Shown here piece after piece: positions 1 to 12,927 of a stretch of 64,000 bases of DNA; the first letter of the stretch is position 1, and every line of letters begins with the position of its first letter. The position numbers were made by a program, and so were the translations under genes. Origin of the DNA: the human T2T-CHM13v2.0 reference genome, Homo sapiens; the NCBI RefSeq assembly GCF_009914755.1, contig NC_060926.1; one strand, written 5' to 3'. The notes beneath the pieces are model-generated. The model did no database searches and had not been told where the DNA came from. It saw only the letters and a list, made by a program, of their open reading frames with translations.

Positions 1-764
1 GGAGGGAGAGGAGCAGCAGCTGACAGCTCAGGAATGCATCAGTACTCAGAAGTTTCTAAGAATGATTACGTCGATGGCTTGTTTTTTTCTGGGACCCACT
101 GAAGATCTCTCATAAAAATAAAAACTCTCTTATTCAAGTAACCCTCTAGAAGTCTAAAATCTTAGTGGGAGAGAGATGTATCACTGTTGCAGGTTTGGTG
201 TCTGGAGCCCTCGATGGTATCCCCAGTTCACGCTGTTCCTCTGAACTTCCTTGGTAGAGTCAGTATTGTGGTCTGGAACAGAGAGGTGAACCATGTGCTC
301 TTTGGCACCTTAGCAAAATGGCTAAGGTGGGGAAGACAGTAAAGGTGTGGGGAGAGTATAGGCTATCTTAAACCCTGATGGCTTATTTTCCTCTGGAGGT
401 AGGTTTGAGCTTCTGGAATAGAAGGGACTCCGTCCTACAGGCTTAAAAAGGAGTCTATCAGCTGGAGCTTTGGCCCACATAACAAGTAAGGCCACTTGGC
501 CTTTAAAAAGTGTGGTGATGAGAGAACACTGGACTCTGAGAATCCACCTGTGGTCCAGGGTCTCCCGGAGAAATTCCTATCCAAGAGATGTCTCCACTTG
601 AAGGCCACACAAATCTGTCAGTGGACAATTCTTTGTAACAAATTGCAAGATTTCCTACCTGTTTGTTGATTGCAAGAGGTGATCAGACTTGCTGGCCTTA
701 TAAACAGGTGACTGATGCAGGCCTGGCTCCTGCAGGTGAAGAAGGCTGCTTCAAATTTGTGCTC

Positions 765-905
765 CAGAGCCAGGAAGTCCTGGATTCGGGTCTCAGCTCC
801 AACTCTTACCAGCTTTAGTTCATTGCAGAACTTATTTTGATTTTTAATCTCAGCTTTGCAGCATAGAAACCAATCTGTAGCAGATGCTCAGTAAAAGTCA
901 TTTTC
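765..905 (+). mobile_element. MIR fragment with L2-like tail
   Basis: Degenerate MIR core (cctggattcgggtctcagctcc...cttaccagct) followed by gcagatgctcagtaaa. Confidence 0.5.
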
Positions 906-1094
906 CTTTTCATCCCATCCTTTCTCACACTTAGCCTCTCTCTTGTTCAACCCCCCCACCCAGTGCAGACCTGGACACTCCCAGAGAGAAGGTCACACCT
1001 CATTGGGAAGCTGTTCTTGAGCAGTTCCAGCTTCAAGTCATCCCTGAATCTATCACTCATTCAGCATATAACTGCTCTTCAAATATGTTTAGTA

Positions 1095-1680
1095 CTTTTC
1101 TCCGATTATAAAGATGACACATATGCATTGCAGAAAATTTGAAAAATATAGAAAAAATAATCTGGAAAACATCCCCAATAAATATAACCTGCAGTGATGA
1201 GCACTGTTAGCATTTTGGTATATTTCTTCCTATTTGTGCATGTGTGGGCTGGCATATGTTTTACAAAATTGGAATCACATTGACTGTAGATTTTGTATGC
1301 AGCTTGTTCTTTTCACTGACATTCTGACATTTCTCATATCATTAAAGTCTTTGAAAACATATTAAATATTTTTAATGGTCACCAAATTTTCTGTGGCATG
1401 GATATATTGCAATGTGTGTAAGGTATTCTTAGTTTTGGATACCTAGGCTGTTTCTAATTTTTCAATATTATAAACAACACTGCTGTAAATATCACTGTAG
1501 GAAAATCTTTGCCACATTCTAATTACTTCTTTGAGATAAATTCCATTAGAAGTCCTGGCCAAAGGATGTGGGAATTCTTAATGGCCTTAACATTGAGGGC
1601 CATGTGGTTCTCTAGAAAAGTTGTGTCAATTTCTATCTATGGGGTATGTGTCAATTTCTGTGGGGAGTGCTTCTCAGAAT
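1095..1680 (-). mobile_element. Old L1 3' end fragment (L1ME4-like)
   Basis: Antisense L1M 3' motifs cactgttagcattttggtatatttcttcc and ggatacctaggctgtttctaatttttcaatattataaacaacactgctgtaaat. Confidence 0.7.
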
Positions 1681-3904
1681 CCTGTGGTAGTACTTAGGTT
1701 GAAACAGGCACTCTCTCATATGATGCATCAGTTATTGGAAGGTAGCTCTCAAATCTCTCAGATTTATCTTCTTTCTGGGCTAAAAAGCCATTTCTTCAAA
1801 ATGCCCCAAAGGCTACATTCCAACCTCCTTGCCATATTAATCTGTGGAATAGAGAATATATTGGTTTGTAACTGTGGTTTAAAAAAATGTATTAAATGTG
1901 GCCTGGGCCATTTCTAATTCCTTTATTTGGAACCCTATACTTCTATGAATGCAGTCTAAGTTTGCATTTGCTTTTTGTTTTTGTTTTAGCAGAGAATTGC
2001 CTCATACAAGCTTGTGGTTTGCTGACACACTGAGGTTTTAATGCTCTGGTTAATTAGGGTATCTTTTATTTGGTATTTGTTCAACTGATTTTGGGGGGTT
2101 AAATCTAAGACTTCTATTTGTCTTCTTGGTAATAGTTCAGTGTTCCAGTCTGTATCAATTCTGGTGATGCCCATGGAAAACAGATCTTTGGGCCTCAAAT
2201 GTGTTTCCATGCCACATTACCTAGTGGCTGAACCTGAGGCTTTTGCCCAACCTGGCCCTATGCAGAGGTCAGGAGAAGGTCATGGGGTTGTTGAGGCTGG
2301 GCTGCCTGGCGCCACCCTGGCTGACTGTCCACTTACAGGTGTTCTCAAGAGTAGCTGGGATCTTGGCCTGAAACAACTGTAGTGAAGAGCGTGGCTGACC
2401 CCTCTGAGACGGGCACTTGTGTGACACTAGACAACTCCTCCAGCACAGTGGGGGCCTCTGGGCTCTGCAGGCCATGCAACCGTCTGCCTGGGCTTTTCCA
2501 GCCAGACCTGGCACAGGCCCGAAGACTGCCAGGACGCTGGCTTGCTCTGCGTCTCCTTAGCCTCTTTCCCTATACAAATAGAACGCAATTCCTCTGGAAA
2601 ATTGGCAGTTAACTCAGTTTTATAGGCAGATCTGAGTGCTGGCAGGACCCATGCAAGAGTGAAAATGAATGCCTGAGCCCTCCCTTGACCCCATTCCCAG
2701 TTCTTGTCTGAACACTGAGGGGCTTGTAAACAGATGGGTGGACATCTTGACACTTCAAAGTGCTCCCCCAAAATATCCACCCTTTGACCACACCCTGACT
2801 ACCCCCAGGTTAGCTGTGTGTACTGGAGCATGGGCTATGTGAGGAGGGGCTTCAGGTGGGCTTATCCCCTTGGTCCCCCAGGTGGTTCTCCTCATTGGAA
2901 GAGTTATGGCTCAGGAGGCCAGAGCAGAGCCCGTGGAGGCACAAGGCCTGGGGCAGGGATCCCAGAGGTCCCATGTAAGGTGATATTGTTCAAGAGCAAA
3001 CTGCTTAGTTTGCTTTTTGGTCCCGCAGATCTATATGCTTCTGTGTGTTGGGATAAGAGGCAAGCGTAGGGGTCAGACCAAGTCTAAGGGGGCTCTGCTG
3101 CACTTGTAGGTGAGAAACCTCAAGACCATGAAAGACATTGAGACAGTGGAAATGACACTGACCAGGGGTCAGGGAGCTTGAACTCTCATTCTGGGCCCTG
3201 GGCACTGAATGAATGTTCTGACCACAGACCCCAAGGCATTTTGGCCCACAAGAGTTCAGGGCCCAAGATATGAAAGAAGTCGCCTGCAAGTGGCTCCCAG
3301 ATCCTCTGAAAAGGAACACACCGTGTCCACGGCGCTCGCATGCCTGTGCCCTGTGGCACCTTGGCCTGTCTCCTCCCCAGTTCTAGAGGAGAGCATGTCT
3401 CCTTCATTTTTGGGGCCACCCAGGCTTCCCTCCACATCCATTCAGTATTTGGTTCCTATGCATGGGGATAATGAGACTCTTATTTAACTCAAATAAGTCC
3501 AATTCCATCCCATTCAACTCTCTCCCAGCAACTACAACTCTGTCTTTTATTGCAACCATCATTTGCTTTTTTGATGGAGGTAAAACAGAAAATATAAACA
3601 GACATTCAAAATAACCCCCCTGCCTTTTCTTTCATATTTTCAAAGTGCTTTCCAATAAAGTGTTTCATTACAGACTCCAGCAGCTGCTGTGAAATGTGGT
3701 CTCAGATGTAGAAGCTAATGAAAACCAAATGAAAAGAAATCCTAGAGAAGAAAAGAGGAGAGAGTAGTCCTGCTAGGCCCACAGCCCCATTTCTGCCAGG
3801 ACTGGGCAATGCCCAGGTACCTGCTTGTTGCTTGAGGGGACTGTTCAGAAATTTCTCCTCTCCTCTTCGTTCTTCTCCTGCTCCTCCTGCTCCTCCTCCT
3901 TCTT

Positions 3905-4194
3905 CTTTTAGGGACAGGTTCTCACTGTGTTGCCCAGGCTGGAGTGCAGTGTTGTGATCATAGCTCCCTGTAACCTAGAACTCCTAGGCTCAAAGAGATT
4001 CTCCCACCTCAGCTTTGAGTAGCTAAGACTACAGGTGCATGCCACCACACCTGCCAATTTCTTAAAAAGTTTTATTGTAGAGATGAAATCTCGCCATGTT
4101 GCCCAGGCTGGTGTCAAACTCCTGGCATCAAACCATCCTCCCACCTGACCTCCCAAAGTGCTGGGATTACAGGTGTGAGCCACTGCACCAGGCC
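3905..4194 (-). mobile_element. AluJ-type SINE
   Basis: Dimeric antisense Alu with J-type diagnostics (gatcatagctc, ggctcaaagagatt), ending cactgcaccaggcc; a CTC-rich tract adjoins the tail side (~3855-3905). Confidence 0.93.
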
Positions 4195-4313
4195 TCATGT
4201 GTCTTCTCAAATCCTCCTTTATTTCTTAATTTCTTCTTCCCATATTACACTGCTTCTTAGAAACAAAATTCTAAAATCTCACAGCTGGAAGTAGCTGTAG
4301 TCATTATTTAGGC

Positions 4314-4502
4314 CAGTGGTTCTCAAAGCGTTGTCCCTGGGTCAGCAGCATGAGCCCCATTTGGGAATTTGTTAGAATCAGTCTTAGGCCCCACCTCTGA
4401 CCTGCTGAGTGTGAAATTATGGTGGTGGTGGAGTGGGGGCAGTTGTGTTTTACCAAAGCCCTCCAGATGGTCCTGATGCACATCCAAATTTGAGAACCAC
4501 TG
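4314..4502. mobile_element. MER5A hAT-Charlie MITE, full length
   Basis: Terminal inverted repeats cagtggttctcaaa ... tttgagaaccactg; internal sequence follows the MER5A consensus; 189 bp. Confidence 0.9.
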
Positions 4503-5861
4503 ATCCGGGCCAAGATCCTAATTTCAAACAGAGGCCCTTGAGCAGAAAGGTGATGTTCTTTGTCACACACAGGGTGACACCGTCACCTGCAGGGCCCGAA
4601 TGAGAAGCCAGTCTCCCGGCTCCTGTCATGATCCACTCCCTCTGCTGACCTGTCTACAGAGCAGTTTCACTGGCCTGCATCTCACTCCCATGCAGAGGCG
4701 CAGAGGACAAACCAGACGGGCAGCTCGTGTCCGCAAGATGGCAGGTGCCCGTGCTGCTGGCCGCCCGAATGTTACAGGCTTTGGAAAGTGCATCCTCTGA
4801 GGACACACGATTTCTGAAAAGCAGAATACACCCTCCCACCTGCCCCCCGCACTTCCTTTGGTCTTTTTTCTTCAGACATATCTGCGACTGAACATGTTCA
4901 ACGTCTCCCCTGCACCAAGCAGATGAATGAGCCTCCTGACAGGCTGTGTGCTCTCTCTAGCATGTTATCTTGGGTTACGGAAATTGGGCAGATCTCCCCT
5001 TCTTTAGTTCCTCCCCACACTTGGAGTCCATAAAAGGCAGGGATATGGGCAACTTGATCCTGGACGTCAGCATTCTTGGGATGGTGTTGAATACAATAAA
5101 ACATGCTTATTAAATGTCAACACTGGGCATGCATAAGTGGATATTTACTGAGTGGCTACCACATGCCAGATGTGCTATCAGGCCTTGCTTCCACCCTCAA
5201 GGTTTAGTGGTCAGTGAGTCCCCAGGGCCACACTCCAGCCCATTTCCGCTGCCAGAATGCCATGCCTCCATCTCATGTCACCCCTCCCATTTCTCTTCCC
5301 TTCTCTCGATGGCCCCATGTGCCTTGTGGTCCTGATGGGATGCAGAGAAGCACTCACCCCAGGGGGCCTGACTCCCCAGAACAAGAAGGCAAAGTCACTT
5401 GCTGAAAAGGGAGGCGAGGGTGCAACCAGGTGCTCCAGAGGCCTGGAGAAGGTTCTGGGCTCCAGGACAGGGAATGTGCTTAAAATGAATATGAGATGGT
5501 TAAGACTCTGCTCAGCTGGAGAGAGAGACAGCAAAGGCTGATGGGGACCTTCAGCCTGACCTGAGGTTTTGCCACAGACTTGGTGGAACTTTGAGAGGCA
5601 GGGGCTGCAGTAGGTTAGTGAGGATGGTGGAGGGGCCTGACTTCTGCACGCAGGCTGGATGAGACTCATGCCCAGTGGACTGGGTGAGGGGAAGCCCAGA
5701 GAGATTGGGGACCCTGGGGAGACCAGAGAGGCAGAGGTGTTTTTCAGGGATCTGGGGAGGTGAAAACCATAGTGGTGGGAGTGAGGCAGCTCCCAGTGTG
5801 AGGATGCTAGACAGACATCATCCCAGGGATTAAAGTTGGTCAGAAACAATAAGTGTAGTAG

Positions 5862-6129
5862 CAATGTTTACTGAGCCCAGGCCCCAGGATAACTGCTTAG
5901 CATGCATTTTCATATTTAACCCCCACAACAGTTTTCCCAGGACCTGTAATGTGTCAGGTACCATCAAGGTCATGTCACATTCCTGTGTCCTTTAGTTGGC
6001 CTCTCCACACCCCAGATCAGGAACCTGAGGAATAGAAATGCTTCATGAATTGCCAGGGATCCTCGGCTAGCAGGGAGCTGAGCTGGTCCTAGATCCTAGG
6101 TCTTCCCACTTGAAACTCACAACTCTTTT
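5862..6129 (-). mobile_element. MIR
   Basis: atgtttactgagc...catatttaacccccacaaca...cagatcaggaacctgagg antisense MIR pattern. Confidence 0.6.
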
Positions 6130-7289
6130 GCAAATGTCTCAGTTGGTTCTTTCTACTCAGAGAAGCTAGTGAGAGTGACATCCAGAACAACCTAAGGTAA
6201 GATGCCACCAGGGGCTCAAATATCTGGTGCCCCCTGAAGCCTGGGCTGGAGAAAGGGAAGAAAGAAGTGGGGAGCTGTGACAGGTCTCAGAATGTACCAG
6301 GCAGCACTCTGGCACCTCAACATGTGGCATCATGGAAAGCTCATAAGATTTGTGCTCAGAAACTCTGTGCTGCTCTTATTAATGAGAGGCCTCCCGAAGA
6401 GCTTAGTGTGTACTGGTGGATAAGAATGCATGCTGAGGTTAACTCTCAGAGCTGCCAGGAAAACCAAAGGAGAGAGTGGCTGCGAGAGTGTGTCACAAAG
6501 CTCACTTGGAGTGATGGGACTTCTATTCATTTATTTGACAGGTGTCTATGAGCACCTGTCATGTCATCATACAGATACTTGGGGCCTCAGCCATGACGAG
6601 TGTCTAGCTCCCAGCAACATTACAGTCATAACCAAAGAGTGGTGAGTGCCACATCTCATAACTCCCCCAGGTCATTTGTAACTTTTGAGGTCACTCTCTT
6701 CTTTTAGTCCTAATACAAGCTGCAGTCCCTGACCTTTGGCCCTTACGTAAGTTGGTCCATAAATGCTGTCTTAATGCTTTTATTGAGTAGATTTCACCTG
6801 GGGGTAGAACTATAGCCCAGAGGAAAGGTCCTAGACAGGTGGGCTTTTTCTGCAGCCCAGACCCTCTTGAAGTAGCTTGGGGTCAAGATTGGAGCCTCCT
6901 TGCCTTTGCCGCTTAAACCCATAGACTTAGGGCTCCTTCTAGGGGAAACTTCACCTCTGTTCCTGGTTGTAAGACTTCCCTTGAAGCACTACATCTGAGT
7001 ACAGAAGTACTACATCTGAGGTAGATGAATACTGGGGAGGAGAATGGTGAAATCTTGCCCAAGTTGGCAATTTCAGGGAAGTAGAAGAGAGTGACTTTCT
7101 CAGTAGGCATGCTCTTAACTAGTTCTAAGTAATGATTTGGAATGTTTTCATGTTTTACCTAGCTCAGTTTGGTCTTTGGTTTGGATCTTTCTTGTCCTCT
7201 GATTTCCAGAAAAGAATGTCCATTCTGGTCTCAGCTCCTCCTCCTTAGGTCATTTGGATCACTCACTGAGCTCCCAGGCAGAAAGAGAG

Positions 7290-7397
7290 TGGAACTTGAG
7301 TTGGACCTGCCATGAACTGTGTGACCTTGAGCAAGACCCTTGACTGCTTGAACCTGAGTTTATTGAACCTGTGAAATGGGAATAAAATTATTCACCC
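7290..7397 (+). mobile_element. MIR core fragment
   Basis: ctgtgtgaccttgagcaag...cctgagttt...ctgtgaaatgggaataa. Confidence 0.7.
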
Positions 7398-7416
7398 AGT
7401 TTAGGTCAGGATCAAA

Positions 7417-7482
7417 CTACCATCACCACCACCATCACCACCACCACCACCACCACCACCATCACCACCATCACCACCACTA
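7417..7482 (+). repeat. (CAC/CAT)n trinucleotide microsatellite
   Basis: Directly visible run of about 22 triplets between two oppositely oriented MIRs. Confidence 0.95.
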
Positions 7483-7490
7483 TTAACCCT

Positions 7491-7730
7491 TTTAACCGAG
7501 TGAGCATTTATTGTGTCCAATGTTGTGCTATGAAGTTTACGTGAATTATCCTATTTAATCCTTACAACGATTCTATGATATAGATGTTAGCAGCACTCTG
7601 AGTTTGCAGGTAAGGAAATAGAAAATGCCAATATAATTTGCCCAAAGCCATGCAGTTAGAAAGTGATGGGACAGAAATTTGAACACAGGCAGACTGACTC
7701 CAGGGTCTGAACTCTTCAGCCTCTGCTGCA
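7491..7730 (-). mobile_element. MIR, near full length
   Basis: tatttaatccttacaac...ttgcaggtaaggaaata...ttgcccaaagccatgcagttag...atttgaacacaggcagactgactccag. Confidence 0.8.
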
Positions 7731-8324
7731 ACTTAGGAAGCAGGTCTTGCCTGGTTCCTCATCACTGTTGAAACTTCTCTTTCTCTTTTCTCGCTGTCTT
7801 CCTTCCACTTGGATAACTGGATTCACCTTTCATTAACCTGGATTCAAAGAAGCAAGAAGGCATCTCTTCCATGCACTGACTAACTTCTTTGCAAGCATGC
7901 TGCTTTCATCTTTTGTTTTCCTAAAGATGCCTGCAGAACTACATCCAACATGGCTGATACGTGGACCTTTGCATATCAAATAGCTTGGGAGGGTCATGAC
8001 TGGAAGAAGAGGAGACGGTGGCTTGTGGAATGAACCCAGTTTGTGCACTTTCCCAGGGCATGGGGGAGGAAATGACAGTGACTTGTTGCTTGGGAAATGC
8101 TGATGGGTGGCCTGGTATCTTGGGAATGTGCTCAGGCAACCAGGGGATGTTGTTCCACCCTCTTCTTCTCCTCCTCATCCCTGGGATGGTACTTTGGACT
8201 CCTCTTCACTATTCCCAGGCACAAAAGAAAAATATGGCTCTGTTGTTTTTCAATACTCTTAGTGCTAATTTAATCACAACAAAACTCTACGTATTGGTAT
8301 ATGCCTGCTTCAATGCTAGTATTT

Positions 8325-8501
8325 GATGCTATCTAATTTACTCCTGGCAATCCTGTGAGAGTGCTATCATTACCCTCATTTTATAAACAAAGAAACTGAA
8401 ATTCAGAGATGAAGAAACTTCCCCAGGATTGCACAGATAGAAATGATGAAACTGAGATTCAGATACAGAGCCTGGATTCTTAATCACTATGTTATATACT
8501 G
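8325..8501 (-). mobile_element. MIR
   Basis: atcattaccctcattttataaacaaagaaactgaaattcagaga...cttaatcactatgttatatactg. Confidence 0.75.
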
Positions 8502-8939
8502 TGACTCATGGAGTCACCCCAGGCACTTCCCCAGTGCAGTATCCCACTCTGAGTGGGTCCACCCTTGCTTCCTTTGTAGTGAGCTAGGCTGTATGCATGG
8601 ATCCATCACCTGGGTGTCTGGCCCAGGCCAAGTTGCTTGGCTTCTGTTTGTTCATGTGCAGCACCATGGTCATCACAGTGATGTGCTCGCCCCACAGAAT
8701 CATTGCAAGAACATGTCAAGGTAAAGCAATAAAACATACTTTCAACTCACCGGGCTTTTATTCAGCTCCAACTATTCACTAATGCTAAATATTGGAGGAG
8801 GAGGTGACACCCAGGGGTTGCAGGCTCAGGGAGCTAGAGATGTGAACTTAGTAGCCCAAATCTGAGGGTGGGTATCTTAAATGCAAATAACATACTTAGG
8901 AGAGGCTGAGGAGAAGATAATTCCAACATTGAGAAATAT

Positions 8940-9790
8940 TTGAAACAGGTGGTCTGAGCCAAGGTTTGAAAGACTTCAAAAGGTAGATGGTAGGATGAGC
9001 AGGTACTTCCAGGCTATGAGAACAACTTGACTGACTACGAGAAATGAGGACATAAACCATGCGAATGGGTGATGTGTGTGCAGGAGCCAAGAATCTGTCT
9101 TTCTGCCTGTGGGCTCCATAGGATAAGGCAGTGGCCAGTTGTCTTAGCATGTTTAGGCTGCTACACAACGCTGCTATAACAAAACACCATAGATTGGGTG
9201 GCTTATAAACAACGGAAATATATTTCTTATAGTTCTGGAGGTTAGGAAGTCCAAGATCAAGGCAGATTGGATATCTGGTGAGGGCCTGTGTTCTGACTTA
9301 TAGAAAGCACTTTATTGCAGGGTCCTCACATGGCAGGGGGGTGAGGGGCCTCTCTGCGGCCTCTTTTATGAGACACTAATTTCATTCCCATAGGCTCCAC
9401 TCTCATGATCTTATCATCTCCCAAAGGCCCCACATCCTAACACCTTCACTTTGTGAATTTCTGAGGGACACAAACATGCAAATAATAGCACCAGTCTGAA
9501 GCCTTTCAAGCCATGCAGAAGACTTCCACATATATTCTCATATTTTCCGTGGGAAGCTTCGCCTGGTTTTGACAGAGGAGTGTCATGATGCCACCTATTT
9601 GAAAAAGATCCTTTGGGGCAACACTAGAGAGACTGGGTGAGCCCAGAGGCTGGGAGGTGGGCGAGGGGGGTCTTGCAATAGTACAGGCAAGAGGTGACGA
9701 GGGCCTGAGTTCAGGCAGTCAAAGAAGGGATGGAGAGGAAATGAGAGCTGCCAGAGACATTTGGGAAGGAGAACAGGCAAGTATTGGACA
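8940..9790 (-). mobile_element. L2 fragment, interrupted by an MLT1A LTR
   Basis: L2 antisense motifs tttgaaaaagatcctttgggg, ttgcaatagtacaggcaagaggtgacgagggcctga, gggatggagagg. Confidence 0.6.
9140..9490 (-). mobile_element. MLT1A-type solo LTR (ERVL-MaLR)
   Basis: TG...CA termini; perfect 5-bp TSD CCAGT (9135-9139 / 9491-9495); internal ctgctataacaaaacaccatagattgggtggcttataaac, agttctggagg, aagtccaagatcaagg. Confidence 0.9.
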
Positions 9791-10913
9791 GGAAGGAGAA
9801 GTTTCCTTCTTCCTCCCATAGTACAGTTCCCCTGCACCCCTGCAATACACACCCAGCTTCCCCACACACTTGGAGGTGGCCTGGCAGAAGAGAGATTGAC
9901 ATTTCTGTTTATCTGCTGGCCTTTTAACTCTGTTCATAGCCATGAAGTCACCTTCTTTTTTTTTTTTTTTTTTTTTTTGCCTTACTACATTTGGGTGATT
10001 TTCCTTATAATAATTGTCATAGTCATAACTATAATAATTATAGTGGCAATAATAAGATTCTGAATGGCTCCAGAGCCTTTCTTCCTAGGATGTTAATGTG
10101 TGAGGTGGGGGTAGGAGGGGTCCTGGCAGGAATATTATTAGATCCAATTTGCTGAAAAAGTCACTCTCTGCCATTTGAAGAGAATCTGGCCGAGAGGGAA
10201 GCATTTCTGGCCTTTGGAGCATGGACTTGTTCCCAGATGAGAACCCGTGTTCTCCATGAAGATTGGCAAGGGGATTCCTGCTGCCTGCTGAAGTCTGCTA
10301 AATGCCGATTGGCTGCTCGTGATGGAGAAAAGTGGAGAGGTATGCTCCAGAGCTTTGCCCCTCTCCCGTCTCTAAGAAGCCTTCCCACAGGTCTCTGGTG
10401 GACAATGACCCCTCCATGCCTGCCTCAGGCTCTCCTATTGTTGGGCTGTATGATTAGCATTTAATCATAATATACAATATATTGTAGCATTTTATGAGTT
10501 ACAAAACCTGTTTGGCTTCATTATCTCATTTAAACCTCCTAGCCACAGAAGCTAATATTATTATCATTCCCTCTCCACAAATGGATTCATTTGTTCAATG
10601 AACTGGCATGGAGCAGATAGTGTTAGATACTAGGAAAATGAAGCATATGTGGTTCTGGGGGCTTCGCCCCCAAATCAGGTGCTCAGAGGTAAAGTGACTA
10701 AGACCCGAAGCAGAAGACTCTGATTTTCTTTCTCCAAGCTGCTTGCTCTCTTCTTCATTCAGCATACTTCAACAGCATACTACTGTTACCTTAACTTTTA
10801 ACTGTTCAAAATACCAAATTTGAGCACTTTACTGCTTCATGTTTCAAATGTTCATTTTGTCTTCCCAAACACGTGGGAAAAATCTATATAAAAAAAGGAC
10901 TTTATGAATTTAC

Positions 10914-11202
10914 TTTTATTTTTATTTTGAGATGGAGTCTCGCTCTGTCGCCCAGGCTGGAGTGCAGTGGCATGATCTCGGCTCACTGCAACTTCTGCCT
11001 CCTGGGTTCAGGCAGTTCTCTGCCTCAGCCTCCCGAGTAGCTGGGATTACAGGTGCCCACCACCATACCTGGCTAATTTTTTGTATTTTACAAAAAATAC
11101 AAAAGACCTGTCCAGGCTGGTCTTGAACTCCTAACCTTGTGATCCACCCTCCTCGGCCTCCCAAAGTGCTGGGATTACAGGCGTGAGCCACTGTGCCCAA
11201 CC
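10914..11202 (-). mobile_element. AluS (Sg-like) with an internal rearrangement
   Basis: Antisense Alu body; the junction of the A-rich linker and left arm is replaced by an inverted copy of the linker (see findings). Confidence 0.93.
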
Positions 11203-11797
11203 AACTTCACTAGTTTATTATTATTAAAGCCTATTTGTGGTAAGGAGTGTCAAAGTTTGTTTACACTTAGTAGTTACTGATCAACTATTACACAACATGT
11301 TTGGGCATACAGTAGTTGATCAATAAATATCAGTAAGCCAGAGGGTTCCAGATCTCCAGCCTTAGCTGACTTCCTCTTAAAACACTGGGTTTTATCCTCA
11401 TCATCAAAAGTATTTCAAGCACTTTATTTCTGGAACATGTGGAATCTTTCCTTTTAAAGTATTTTGTAGCCAGTTTCAAAATGATGCTGATATTTTGGAA
11501 GAATATTAATGTGTCCATCATAAACAGAGAACAGTTGAGGCTAGGTAGGGGAAATTTGAAGTCCCACTTCCTTGTCTGGCTTGATGGCTGGTCTTCCTAG
11601 CATGTGAGTTATTTAGACGGATATGGAAGGATGGAAAGCCAGAGGCGCCCTATGTTGACGATTTCTCTCCAAGTGCTCTTGTTGCGCAGCACAGAGGAAC
11701 TCTCGATTGACTGGACGCATGCTCCCACCTTGTGGTGAGATTTGATATCCTCTGGTCTTTTTTCATCTGTACATCCTGCTGGGGAAAATGCAACCAT

Positions 11798-12310
11798 TTA
11801 GTCAGTGAGTGTTTGCTGAGCTCCAGGTGTACTCCCAGGCAGTAGGTACTGGGATACAGACATGAAAGAACAGACAGAATTGTCCTCTTGAGGCTTACTT
11901 TACTGGATGTGTGTGTGTGTGTGTTGGAGGGGAGGGGGATGTAAGATGGGCAACAAATAAATTTATACAGATAAAAAACAAAGTAAATTCAGATAGTGTG
12001 AAATACTATGACGATGAAGCAAGATGATGCAATGGAGTGACTGGGGAGGAGACCTGTTTCAGCTGGGGTAGCCTGGGATGTTTAAGCCCAGGCTGACTGA
12101 TGCACAGAAGTCAGGCTTGTGATGGAAGTCACCAGGATGAGGGAGCAGAATGAAGGCCGGGGGGGATGCCTCATGGTCTGCAATAGGAGAGTGCCTTCCA
12201 GATGAGGAAGGAGAGGCAGACAGGGGCCAAGTCACAGACACAGCCTTCCAGTCCACTCCATGTGCAATGGAAACCACTGGGAGGATTGAAGAAAAGGGAC
12301 ACTAGTTTGA
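11798..12310 (-). mobile_element. L2 3' fragment
   Basis: gtgtttgctgagctcc...ctgggatacagacatgaaagaacagaca...gcaatggaaaccactgggaggattgaag; short (TG)n at ~11908-11924. Confidence 0.7.
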
Positions 12311-12410
12311 AGTGCCTCGTGAGGCTCTGTGTGTTTGTGTGTGGACTTTTCCTTAAATGCAGCAAGCATGTGCAAAGGGCCATGCTTGGAGCTTCCCCAG
12401 AAATTGTGAG

Positions 12411-12927
<517 letters not shown>

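Noticed and set aside
2882-3109. Two exon-like segments (2882-2974 and 3029-3109) with AG/GT borders
   Set aside because: The intervening 54 nt is too short for a typical human intron, the second segment ends in a stop codon, and the peptide resembles nothing I recognise.
6205-6240. CTCF-like ccaccaggggct / tgccccctgaag
   Set aside because: Both copies miss key core positions and are too weak to call.
7417-7482. Poly-His coding tract
   Set aside because: It is a simple (CAC)n repeat between two MIRs with no surrounding ORF or splice context.
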